A stretch of DNA of 57,312 nt from a virus (lineage: Duplodnaviria > Caudoviricetes): positions 1-57,312 of the IMG/VR virus record IMGVR_UViG_3300022725_000257. One strand, given 5' to 3'. Below, in pieces: positions 17,221 to 26,332 of this stretch. Made by a program: the position numbers and the translations under genes. The notes beneath the pieces were generated by a model that saw only the letters and a list, made by a program, of their open reading frames with translations, had not been told where the DNA came from and did no database searches. Position 1 is the first letter of the stretch; every line of letters begins with the position of its first letter.

Positions 17221-18129
17221 TTATGCGGTTTCAAGTGCATGTTCTGCATGGGTGTAGTATTGGGCTAAGAATTCGGTTGCTTTCTCTGCCCGGCTTGCGG
17301 CCCCTATAATGTAATATTCGCCTTTGTCCTGTTTAAGCGCTTTGATCCACCCTTGGATATAAGCTGTTGAATTTTCCATTATAGCTCCACGTATTCCAAA
17401 TTCTTGGCATAGAAATGATGCTCCAATTTCGGCGGTCAATTCCTCTTTGGAATATTCTTTCATATCAGATTTCCCCCTCAACTCTCTATCCAGCCGGGAT
17501 TTGTGGCCGGTTGAGTGTATAATCTCATGGAAATATGTTTTATAGTAATATTCCGGATTTTTAAAATCCGAAAGTTGTGGCATAACAATGCGATCTAAAG
17601 CGGGGTTATACATAGCCCTTGGCCCAACGCCCTTTGTGATTTGCTGTGCTGCCATATAATGATTGATAAAGCGCTCTGCTGAACTTATAGTCGAATGGTT
17701 AACAGCCGGAAGTTCCGGTAATTTTTTATCCTCTATGCCCTCGCATTGCTCATAGTTGAACACATTGTAGTACCGCAATACATACCTTTCATCGAATTCA
17801 CTGTTATGTAAACCCAGGGTTTCTTCTTGATCAACCTGTTTCCCATCTATATAATACATAGGCATCCAAAACACGACCGGCGTGGATTTTTCTCCTTCAA
17901 TCACAGATCCTCCAAGCTTTTTTGCCTGTTTATATGTCAACTAAAATGGTGAGGCGTATTTATAACTCAAGGATAAGATTAATCTATTAACACCCGAATA
18001 GGGTCTGCCTGTAATGGCGTTTCGGGGTGTGTGCCCTTCAGTAGACCACGGTTTTTCCCACGGTATAATGTTTTGTTCGAGAGCTTCTATGAAGCGGTCG
18101 GTTATTAACTTATATACTTTATTTTTCAT
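17221..18129 (-). pseudogene. ardC: ArdC-like antirestriction/ssDNA-binding zincin, interrupted by an in-frame TAG at 17943-17941
   Basis: IIPWEKPW...PRNAITGRPYSGVN (ArdC N-domain), SPF*LTYKQA, then YNVFN, FHEIIHSTGH, YSKEELTAEIGA. Confidence 0.85.
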
Positions 18130-18264
18130 AGCATTTGCTGTTTGGTTGTTGAGTGCGGTTTGAAATTTGAGCTATTAATTTGCACAATAATTTGTTCAAT
18201 GTCAAGTGCTTTTTTTTATAATAAAAACAGGTAGTTATCATGATAACTACCTTTCTGTATTATG
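18127..18264 (-). repeat. Terminator+promoter+leader module, copy 2
   Basis: Same module; hairpin changed but still paired (AGGTAGTTATCA/TGATAACTACCT). Confidence 0.9.
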
Positions 18265-18459
18265 GCTTGTTGGCTCTTGGTATCCTACCCAATCAAATGC
18301 CCATTCTTTCAAAAGTTCGGGTGATTCGGTCGGGTGTCTGTGCATGAGAATTGCAAATAATGCGTGTGCATCCTGTTCGTTATCATGCCCGGTTTCCCAT
18401 GGTCGAAAGTTTTCTTTTAAATCATCAGTAAAATGATTTTCTGAAAATTTCATGTTCAT
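18247..18459 (-). CDS. Hypothetical early protein
   Basis: 70 aa. Confidence 0.65.
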   Translation of the reverse strand: MNMKFSENHFTDDLKENFRPWETGHDNEQDAHALFAILMHRHPTESPELLKEWAFDWVGYQEPTSHNTER

Positions 18460-18521
18460 TTTTTTGGTTCTAAATTAAAAACCCCACCAGGCGCTTTGCC
18501 TGATGGGGTAACCCTAACACA

Positions 18522-19040
18522 TTACCAGCCGCATTTTGCGTATTGTGGGGTTGAAGATATAATCTTGTCGGCTACAAGAGCTTTGAGAAACCCCAAAAGA
18601 TCGTATGATTCCCTATATAAGATGCCCGTTTCAACATCATTAGCAAATTTTTTGAAAAGTCTATGGACTTCGCTCTGGTAATTTATACTTTGCAGTAGCT
18701 TATACACGCAAACCGGGTGCTTTGTGTCTTTGTTTGTACTTTCTTCAAGCGCTTTTCTGATATCATGCTGTTCATTACGAACTGCTTCAGCATAATTTTT
18801 TTCGTAATATTTCTCGTACTGTAATACAACACAAGCGCATTCCAGGTCAGCAAGTGATGCAATAACAGCATTTGCTATTTCTCTTTTTGTACTTAATTCT
18901 TCAATGCAATCAGACAAAGAATCTGATTGCATTAAGAATCGTTTGACTTGATCTGCTGTTGTTTCTGTATTTACAAACAGATCATACAAACCGTTGCGTA
19001 ATTCAACATATTCCTGTGGGCTATGTATGAACGAACTCAT
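18522..19040 (-). CDS. Hypothetical early protein
   Basis: Start at MSSFIHS immediately after the upstream stop. Confidence 0.7.
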   Translation of the reverse strand: MSSFIHSPQEYVELRNGLYDLFVNTETTADQVKRFLMQSDSLSDCIEELSTKREIANAVIASLADLECACVVLQYEKYYEKNYAEAVRNEQHDIRKALEESTNKDTKHPVCVYKLLQSINYQSEVHRLFKKFANDVETGILYRESYDLLGFLKALVADKIISSTPQYAKCGW

Positions 19041-19041
19041 A

Positions 19042-19665
19042 TTACGCCTCCTGCAAGTTTGATGGTTCAAAGTTATTTACCGCTTCAACGATCTCATTAA
19101 AGAGCGGTTTCATTAGCGCTAAATGGTTTTTCTTTCGAGGATATTCATTTCTGCGTCCATCGGGCCAGTGATACGGCATAAGCATCGGCATTACCATACC
19201 AGCGGCACGCTTTATTGCGCCGCCTTTATAGTGCGCTTCATCAATAGTTTCAAAAATGATTCGTGGATATTTTGTATCAGCATTCACAATTTTAAAAACT
19301 ACCGAAGGTACATTTATGGAGTCTAAGAATCTCAACAGATCAAGAAGCACTTTAACTTGAATGGTAAGTTCAACATCCGGATCATCTTCGGGTACAACAA
19401 ATGGTATGTTCGGGTAATTTCCATTCAGGAACGAATGCGCTTGGGCTACAAAATCAGCATTTAAGGCCTGTTTTTCGTCAATCTCATATACTGCTGAATC
19501 TTCAAAGTGTTGATTTTCTTCATGCGTTTCAACATACACCAGTTTATGGCCGTCGACAGCTACCATGTGTGGCCCGTGGCAAGCAACGCCTGTGAGCGCC
19601 AATCTGTTTCCATCTTTTCCCGCAATGTACTTAGAGAGATTTTTTATAAGTCTGTTCGAAATCAT
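19042..19665 (-). CDS. DNA polymerase III beta-clamp-like protein (partial length)
   Basis: RLALTGV...MVAVDGHKL...GNYPN...MVMPM match beta-clamp central/C-terminal motifs. Confidence 0.55.
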   Translation of the reverse strand: MISNRLIKNLSKYIAGKDGNRLALTGVACHGPHMVAVDGHKLVYVETHEENQHFEDSAVYEIDEKQALNADFVAQAHSFLNGNYPNIPFVVPEDDPDVELTIQVKVLLDLLRFLDSINVPSVVFKIVNADTKYPRIIFETIDEAHYKGGAIKRAAGMVMPMLMPYHWPDGRRNEYPRKKNHLALMKPLFNEIVEAVNNFEPSNLQEA

Positions 19666-19688
19666 AATATTAGGGTTTTTGGTTGTGA

Positions 19689-19883
19689 TTATACTAAAAA
19701 GTCTTCAAGGTAATCCGGCTCAAGGCCAAATTGCTCATAGCAATAATCAAAGGGTAATTCCCCTGATTCAATACGGCTAATTAATTCTTGCCTGTGTTGC
19801 TTGAAGCGTTCTTCCGCCTGATCTTGGGTAAGCCCTTCACGTTGGCGTATAATATCTTTTATGTGTTGTCTGTGTGTATCCAT
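19689..19883 (-). CDS. Hypothetical early protein
   Basis: 64 aa, ATG from the repeated module; FGLEPDY tail. Confidence 0.7.
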   Translation of the reverse strand: MDTHRQHIKDIIRQREGLTQDQAEERFKQHRQELISRIESGELPFDYCYEQFGLEPDYLEDFLV

Positions 19884-20023
19884 AGCATTTGCTGTTTGGT
19901 TGTTGAGTGCGGTTTGAAATTTGAGCTATTAATTTGCACAATAATTTGTTCAATGTCAAGTGCTTTTTTTATAATAAAAACAGACAGTTATGTATTACAT
20001 AACTGTCTATCCGTATTATGTTT
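19881..20023 (-). repeat. Terminator+promoter+leader module, copy 3
   Basis: Near-identical to copy 1. Confidence 0.9.
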
Positions 20024-20461
20024 TTACTGCCTCGTTGCCTGTGCTGCAAGCTTCGCAACACGTGATGCGTAATGCTCAATAGCCTGCATTTTGCGTTGTG
20101 CGGCGTTGCGCTTTAGTTCACTCTTAGTAACACTTGATATAGCATTAATCCAGTCTGAAATATCTGTTATTTCAGAAGATAAGCCATGAGGATATGTGTT
20201 CTTTAACTCTTTGTCTATACCCTCAATCGCAATATATGCGTTATCCGTTTCGCCTACGTCTATGTACTCGTTGTCGGTAGGCGCAATGTTCGGTAAGAAA
20301 TAATCTTCAGCAATAAATTGCTGTTCTATGCCTATTTTTTCGTTAATTACTCTTAATACTTCATCAGTATTAAGAGCGTTTTTATTTTCAAAATATACGC
20401 AGTCATTGTGTGCGTGGCCTTGTGCGTCTCTGTACGTTATTGTGAGTATTATCCAGCTCAT
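20024..20461 (-). CDS. Hypothetical early protein
   Basis: 145 aa. Confidence 0.7.
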   Translation of the reverse strand: MSWIILTITYRDAQGHAHNDCVYFENKNALNTDEVLRVINEKIGIEQQFIAEDYFLPNIAPTDNEYIDVGETDNAYIAIEGIDKELKNTYPHGLSSEITDISDWINAISSVTKSELKRNAAQRKMQAIEHYASRVAKLAAQATRQ

Positions 20462-20518
20462 AAGAAAGAAGGTTTATGTTAAGGTTTATCCCTCTCATTA
20501 AAGAGAGGGATTTTTAGG

Positions 20519-20785
20519 TTAATGTTGTGCCATTTCTTGGTTGTATTCATCAACAAGTTGATGGAATATTTTTCTATTTCCATCGGTCATTTCGCAATAC
20601 ATACGCACCATAGCGTGGAATGTGCGCCACGGCATGCCCTTGTAGTCCAATGCGTATCCACGATATTTGCGGTAAAAATGTTGGCCCAAGCGCTTACCGT
20701 ATAACTCGATTAGCCGATCACGTATATCGTGCGGAAAGTTGTAGCAGAAATGAAAAAATTCTGTTGTTATTTCATGTTTTTCCAT
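20519..20785 (-). CDS. Hypothetical early protein
   Basis: 88 aa, ATG inside the 61-bp repeat. Confidence 0.7.
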   Translation of the reverse strand: MEKHEITTEFFHFCYNFPHDIRDRLIELYGKRLGQHFYRKYRGYALDYKGMPWRTFHAMVRMYCEMTDGNRKIFHQLVDEYNQEMAQH

Positions 20786-20843
20786 GATTAAACCTTTGGT
20801 TTAAAAGTTAGTTTTAAAAAGGGAATGGATTTTTCCATTCCCT
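20783..20843 (-). repeat. 61-bp hairpin+leader repeat, identical at 21166..21226
   Basis: CATGATTAAACC...AGGGAATGGA-tttt-TCCATTCCCT in both copies. Confidence 0.9.
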
Positions 20844-20853
20844 TTGTTAGGCG

Positions 20854-21168
20854 TTATGCTACCTGCTTGAGCTTATTTAACAATCTGTATTTCTCACTGT
20901 TCAGTGAGCTTTTTTGTTGTTTAAGCTTGTTCAGATCTTTCTCGATCTTATCGAGTTGCTTCTGTATTTGTTCTTGGTTTAGCTCTTTAGAGCTTTTTTG
21001 GTTTTTCACTGTTGCCTTTCGTTTTTTAGAAGTCGTAGACTTCTTTTTGGTTTTGGTTGTTTTTTTGGTGGGTTTCGCCGGCTTGGGTGATGCGGGCCGT
21101 GGTTGTACGCCTGATGTATCGCTTGGTGCATATACAGGTACATAGTCGATGGTTGATAGAACTTTCAT
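20854..21168 (-). CDS. Lys-rich basic protein with coiled-coil-like tail
   Basis: KPAKPTKKTTKTKKKSTT... Confidence 0.65.
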   Translation of the reverse strand: MKVLSTIDYVPVYAPSDTSGVQPRPASPKPAKPTKKTTKTKKKSTTSKKRKATVKNQKSSKELNQEQIQKQLDKIEKDLNKLKQQKSSLNSEKYRLLNKLKQVA

Positions 21169-21236
21169 GATTAAACCTTTGGTTTAAAAGTTAGTTTTAA
21201 AAAGGGAATGGATTTTTCCATTCCCTATGTTGGGTG

Positions 21237-21451
21237 TTAGATGGTTTCAAAGAAACCATCCGTGAGCGTTGCATGTGATTCCTGCTCGATTTCGGCAAGC
21301 ATCTGTTCGTGGCTCAACTTGCCTGCGTAATAATCTTTGATTATTTGGTCAACACTGGAAGCTGAAAGCTCCGGAAATTCGGATTGAATTTGCTCGTGTA
21401 GGTCGTGATTTGCGGGTTGTGTAGGTCGTGATTTGCGGGTTGTGTATACAT
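21237..21451 (-). pseudogene. First early gene, frameshifted by a 23-bp tandem duplication
   Basis: Leader-matched ATG at 21451 reads a 63-aa protein only if one 23-bp unit is removed. Confidence 0.6.
21396..21446. repeat. Tandem repeat, 2.2 x 23 bp
   Basis: GTGTAGGTCGTGATTTGCGGGTT twice plus GTGTA. Confidence 0.95.
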
Positions 21452-22488
21452 AGCGTTTGCTGTTTGCGTTAAGGTTTAAAAATGCATCGTAGATGCATCG
21501 CTCGAAACATTGCGTTTGCCGTGTCGAACTGCTTTCAAACTGCAAATTTTTTTGTGCAAAATTCAAGTTAGAAAAATCTAATGGCTTTTTAGAACCAAAG
21601 GTTCTACAGAAACATTATATTGCTGGTGGCATATCGGGTATTGACTCGATATATGTTATTTTTACAAGAAAAATAACATAAATTCTGATTTGCTTTATTC
21701 AGCTTTGCCCTAAGTAGGCTCCATTCCCTTTATTCGCCGATTTCCAAAATTTCTATGAATAGAATTTTTGGACAAAGATTCATTAATCGTGCGATATAGG
21801 CTTGTAATGTGTGTTCCTGCATTATGTGAAATCACTCGATTCACGCCAATTTTGTGCACTTTTGGGCTAATGCCCAAAGAATTGTGCTTCACGTGCATTT
21901 TGGACAAAATTTTATTCAAAAATCAGGCTATACAGCCTTTATTCGCTTCGTACAATTCTATGTCAATGGCAGTATTACTCCAATACAGGCATTCGAAATG
22001 TTGTCAGCGGCATTTGAACAAAATTTTGTATACACAAAATTGTTCATTTCAGAGATTTAAGTCATGTTTTACAAAATTTCGTGCGTGTTTTTACCCTTGA
22101 AATTACGTTGTATAATTTATCTTATGTAAAGTTGAATAGTTTTAGGGGTTTGTTTTTTTATCAATCCCCTCCCCTCCCCTATCGGGATGCTGAAGTGATC
22201 AGGAACCAGTCAACGTGCATGTATGCATTGCGTGCAGTTTGCCCGTGCTTAGCGTGTTGCGTGTGTGCGCATAATGCCGGGGCGGGCGGCGTGCGGGCAC
22301 CCCCCGGGGGCGTTGAGTGCGGCGCGGTTGTTGTTATAATGGTATGCTGGATAGCAATAATATCAGAGTTTCCGTGGACGGGGTGGGGGGTTGTTTATAT
22401 ATGGGTGGGTAAAAATATAATAGAAGACATGATATAAGGAATTTTTCTCAGTGTTTATTACATTATTGCATTAACTAAATACAATATT

Positions 22489-23139
22489 ATGAGTTATAAA
22501 CATTGGTATAAAAAGAGTTCTGTTAACAATAACGACAACTTAAATTCAAAGGAAAAACCCGATAAAACACACCCTACCCGGCTTTCCGATATAAGAGAGG
22601 TTGACCGGCGCAGGCATGAGGTGTTAGATTATTTATTGCTTGGCTACGAAGCTGATTTTATAGCCCACACGTTAGGAGAAAGAAAACAGCTTATAGAAGA
22701 TGATATAAAACATATTATGGAAATTGGTTATAAGGCAAGGGATGAAGATCTTACCGAGGTTCGTGATGAGGTTGTCCGTATGCACCGGTTATCAGCAAGG
22801 GAGGCCCTAAAAGCCTGGCATGATTCTAAAAAGCCTGAAAAGACAATCAAAGTTAAAAATTACGTAGACGAATACGGGAACCCGAAAGAGGAGGTTACTG
22901 AAACCACTAAAACAAATTCCGGGGATTCCAGGCACCTAAAGAATTTTACCGAATCAGCTAAGGAGCTTGGTAAGGTTACCGGCGCTCAGAAGCATAAAGA
23001 ATTAGAGATTAACCAGAAAAATGAGCACAACCAATTAAATATTTTAAATCCTAACACAACCCAGCTACCGGATGCATTGGATAGGTGGACAACACGCCCG
23101 GATAATGATGACACAAAACTTGAAATTGATGAGGATTAG
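22489..23139 (+). CDS. Putative terminase small subunit
   Basis: HTH-like RRRHEVLDYLLLGY...IAHTLG...IEDDIK; first gene of the late arm, upstream of TerL. Confidence 0.55.
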   Translation: MSYKHWYKKSSVNNNDNLNSKEKPDKTHPTRLSDIREVDRRRHEVLDYLLLGYEADFIAHTLGERKQLIEDDIKHIMEIGYKARDEDLTEVRDEVVRMHRLSAREALKAWHDSKKPEKTIKVKNYVDEYGNPKEEVTETTKTNSGDSRHLKNFTESAKELGKVTGAQKHKELEINQKNEHNQLNILNPNTTQLPDALDRWTTRPDNDDTKLEIDED

Positions 23140-23142
23140 ATT

Positions 23143-23784
23143 ATGAATAAAGCATGCCGGCCATTTGAAAAGGAAGAGATAGCATTAATGTTTGAAGGTT
23201 TTAAAACCGAAGAATACGGAAATCGGGACAGAGCAATATTTGCAGTTGGAATATCAACCGGTTTTAGAATAAATGAGATTTTGTCTCTAAGGGTCAAAGA
23301 CGTATATAATGAAATTGGAGATCCATACGATAAAATAAAAGTCCAGAAGCGTAACATGAAAGGCGGGAAGTCTCGGCCACCTAAAAAAATATTCCCGGAA
23401 ACAAAGCTATATTTATCACATTGGTATGATGAACTTATGCGCCGATGGACAGTACACAGATCATCTAAATGCTTCATGTCTGAAAAAGGGGGTGCTATAT
23501 CAGCAGAAACCTTTAGGGTTTGTATTAACAGGGTATGTAAAAAGGTTGGCATAGAGACCAAAGAAATTGGCACCCATTCGATGCGTAAAACTTTTGCCAA
23601 TGCTGTATATGATTATTGGGTAAAACAAGCTAAAGAGGGAAGGCGCATAGAGCCAATGCGGATGGTGCAAATTGAGCTTGCACATTCAAACATAGATGAC
23701 ACCTACCGGTATTTGAATTTTAAGCTCGAAGAAAAGGGAGATGATGTTTTTCATGAATATAATATGCTCGCAGGCCTATACTAA
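23143..23784 (+). CDS. Tyrosine recombinase, catalytic domain only
   Basis: RDRA...TGFRINEIL, MKGGK, THSMRKTF, LAHS, TYRYL. Confidence 0.92.
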   Translation: MNKACRPFEKEEIALMFEGFKTEEYGNRDRAIFAVGISTGFRINEILSLRVKDVYNEIGDPYDKIKVQKRNMKGGKSRPPKKIFPETKLYLSHWYDELMRRWTVHRSSKCFMSEKGGAISAETFRVCINRVCKKVGIETKEIGTHSMRKTFANAVYDYWVKQAKEGRRIEPMRMVQIELAHSNIDDTYRYLNFKLEEKGDDVFHEYNMLAGLY

Positions 23785-23853
23785 AAATTCAAATTAAATT
23801 CTGTAAAAGTTTGCAAAAAACATAAATTCTAATGTTATCTTAAAGCGCCGGAA

Positions 23854-24101
23854 TGTTAACATTATTGTATAGAATGTTGACATCTATACTATATATGTTA
23901 ACACAAAATTTAACCTCTGGTGCACGCAAATTAGGCAAACGCAATACTACCTTATACGTACGTATATAGTAGTAGGACAACCCTGTGTGCACATGTTAAC
24001 ATTTACCTTTTAGATGTTAACATTTTTATATCGGTGGTTAACAAATTTACGTTTTTTAGCACATATAGATATAGAATATAGAATATAGAATATATATATA
24101 T
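23854..24101. promoter_or_regulatory. Origin-like / recombination-site-like locus
   Basis: TGTTAACA-type boxes at 23854, 23875, 23896 and 23994, 24015, 24036; central palindrome 23945..23974; AT-rich ATATAGA repeats 24064..24101. Confidence 0.65.
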
Positions 24102-24194
24102 ACTAAAGCTGGTTAGAAATTGGTTTTCAAAAGAGGAAAAATTCCTGAGAGTGAAATATTGCTTTTATAGTTGATAATCTTTAGAATGATACTC

Positions 24195-25940
24195 ATGAGT
24201 AAAAGCGATAAAACAGAAATTATTTGGCCGTATTACCCGCAACCTAAACAGGAAAAGGCCTGGGATTTAATGGCTCCTTTTGCAGCAAAAACGGTTAACG
24301 GGTATGGTGCTGCCAAATTCGGCGGTAAAAGTTGGAATATTCGAAGTATCGCAAATATGCACTTAATGGCTCGTCCCTTACATGCCGCTATCTTTGCCAG
24401 AGAATATGATCAGTTAAAAGATCTGCATATTGAACCGATTAAAACTGAAATGCAGGATTTCATAAAGCTTGGCAAAGTAAAATGGAACTCAAATGACAAA
24501 CAGTTTACTTACAAAGAAACCGGTTCTGTTTTAAAGTTTATACAGATTAACCGGCCGGCTGATATACGTAAGCATAATGGTAAGGGTTTTGACATGGTTT
24601 TAGTGGATGAAGCACAACAGTTTACAGATTTCGAATTAAAATATTTTCCTTCTTTATGCCGGCCTTCAGCAATTGCTACAAACGCTCGAAGCCGTATTAA
24701 AAAACAAATAAAAATTGCGGGTTCCGATAGCGAAAAGAAAGAACTTAAAAAGCTATATGAAAAGTATTATTACAAACCGAAGGTTATGATGTGTTTTAAT
24801 TGGGGTGATACAGGGCACAACTATCTCGTTTCTCACTTTTGGGAGGGATGTTCGCATGAAAAATCCGAAGAACGAACGTTAGACGGGTTTGAGACTGAGG
24901 TTGTTAAAGATTTAAAAACTGGGGAAAAAAAAGTTAAGTATGTTGAAGATCCTGATGACTTTGCCTTTATTTTTGCGGACTGGCGGGATAACAAAATTGG
25001 TTATCGGGAAAACCCGGAATACATACGTTCCTTGAAACGATTACCTGAGCCATATCGGACGGCATATATGGATGGAGATCCTTACGCTTTTGCGGGGCTG
25101 AAATACCAGGTTGTTCCGTATATACATGAAGTTGATCTGGATGAATTGTTTTTACCCTACGGGGGTATAGTACCAGATCATTGGCGTTTAGTGGGTGCCC
25201 TTGACCCTGGTAGTGCAGATTATTGTTCATTCTCTGTGTATGCCATAAGTCCAGAAGGTAAAAAGTATCAGCTTACTGATTACTATGAAAAAGAAAAAAG
25301 GCTTGAAGATCATGTAGACGATATTTACGAGGATATAAAAAACTGTCGTTGGTTGCCGAAAGACAAGATTGTTTTACCGGAGTATGTAATTGCCGGGAAG
25401 GACGCTTTTGCCCGACAAAACCGATATTCGATTATGTCTCATGATATTACCTTATCGGATATATTTTGGAACAGGTATGGTATAAAGTTAGTAGAATGTA
25501 TTAATGACCGGCGCAAGGGAGCAATAGCTGTAGGTAATGCATTGCATTACAAAGTAAATGAAGATACTGGGGATTTTGAAACAGAGCCAAAGTTATATTT
25601 TGGTTGTTACTATAAGACGGTTGGCGGGGAAGAAAGGCAAAAAATAAGTGCTTGTCCACACACTATAAACGAACTTAAAAGCTTGGTAAGTGATGACCGG
25701 GATGTTGAAGATATAAAGCAGGGGCCGGGCATACCCGATCATGCGTTTGATAAAACGAAATACTTTTTACTTGGGGCTTTGAACCCTGTTACAATGAAAT
25801 CAGAGAAAAGAGAATTAGCACAACATAGTGATTATGGAAGAATACCTAAAAATCAGGTATATTCTGATAATGAAAAAAGCCCGTCTACACTCAATGATGT
25901 ATTTGCTGGTAATCGTGTACCCTTAACAGAAACTATATAG
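24195..25940 (+). CDS. terL: Terminase large subunit
   Basis: PQPKQ, GAAKFGGKS (Walker A), VLVDEAQQF (Walker B), ALDPG and DHAFD nuclease motifs. Confidence 0.92.
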   Translation: MSKSDKTEIIWPYYPQPKQEKAWDLMAPFAAKTVNGYGAAKFGGKSWNIRSIANMHLMARPLHAAIFAREYDQLKDLHIEPIKTEMQDFIKLGKVKWNSNDKQFTYKETGSVLKFIQINRPADIRKHNGKGFDMVLVDEAQQFTDFELKYFPSLCRPSAIATNARSRIKKQIKIAGSDSEKKELKKLYEKYYYKPKVMMCFNWGDTGHNYLVSHFWEGCSHEKSEERTLDGFETEVVKDLKTGEKKVKYVEDPDDFAFIFADWRDNKIGYRENPEYIRSLKRLPEPYRTAYMDGDPYAFAGLKYQVVPYIHEVDLDELFLPYGGIVPDHWRLVGALDPGSADYCSFSVYAISPEGKKYQLTDYYEKEKRLEDHVDDIYEDIKNCRWLPKDKIVLPEYVIAGKDAFARQNRYSIMSHDITLSDIFWNRYGIKLVECINDRRKGAIAVGNALHYKVNEDTGDFETEPKLYFGCYYKTVGGEERQKISACPHTINELKSLVSDDRDVEDIKQGPGIPDHAFDKTKYFLLGALNPVTMKSEKRELAQHSDYGRIPKNQVYSDNEKSPSTLNDVFAGNRVPLTETI

Positions 25941-25942
25941 TT

Positions 25943-26332
25943 ATGCCATTTTTTGAACCTGTAAATCCCGACCAGCCTCTTGTTAAGCGAATCCGCCATA
26001 ACCGCACGGACACATTCAAATTCCAGAACCAAAGTCAGGATAAAGATGGAAACCCTTTTGATTTTACAGGTATGACTTTTGTAATGGAGATTAAAGACCG
26101 GCGCGGTGGCACTGTTGTTGTAACCATACCAAATGAAAATTTTGCGGTTGAACAAAGTGATGATGGTGCGGCAGCTGGTGTTTTTGATAAGTTTTTAATA
26201 ACTCATCCCCCTGCGGATTTTGCTGATTTAATAAGTGAGCCGTTTGAGTATTACTATGATATACAAATAACTGATGGGGGTGGTGAGCTTTTTACGCCAA
26301 TAAAAGGGCCTTTTGTTATAATAGATGATTAA
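25943..26332 (+). CDS. Virion-associated protein (BppU-N-like)
   Basis: DKDGNPFDFTG...YYYDIQIT...GPFVI pattern. Confidence 0.5.
   Translation: MPFFEPVNPDQPLVKRIRHNRTDTFKFQNQSQDKDGNPFDFTGMTFVMEIKDRRGGTVVVTIPNENFAVEQSDDGAAAGVFDKFLITHPPADFADLISEPFEYYYDIQITDGGGELFTPIKGPFVIIDD

Noticed and set aside
17941-17943. Genome-wide amber recoding
   Set aside because: Only one gene is split by TAG; long genes are intact in the standard code and several end at TAG next to a downstream start.
21710-22437. ORFs 21710..21919, 21768..22100, 21854..22060 and 22081..22437
   Set aside because: Mutually overlapping, mostly non-ATG starts, atypical composition; likely non-coding control region.
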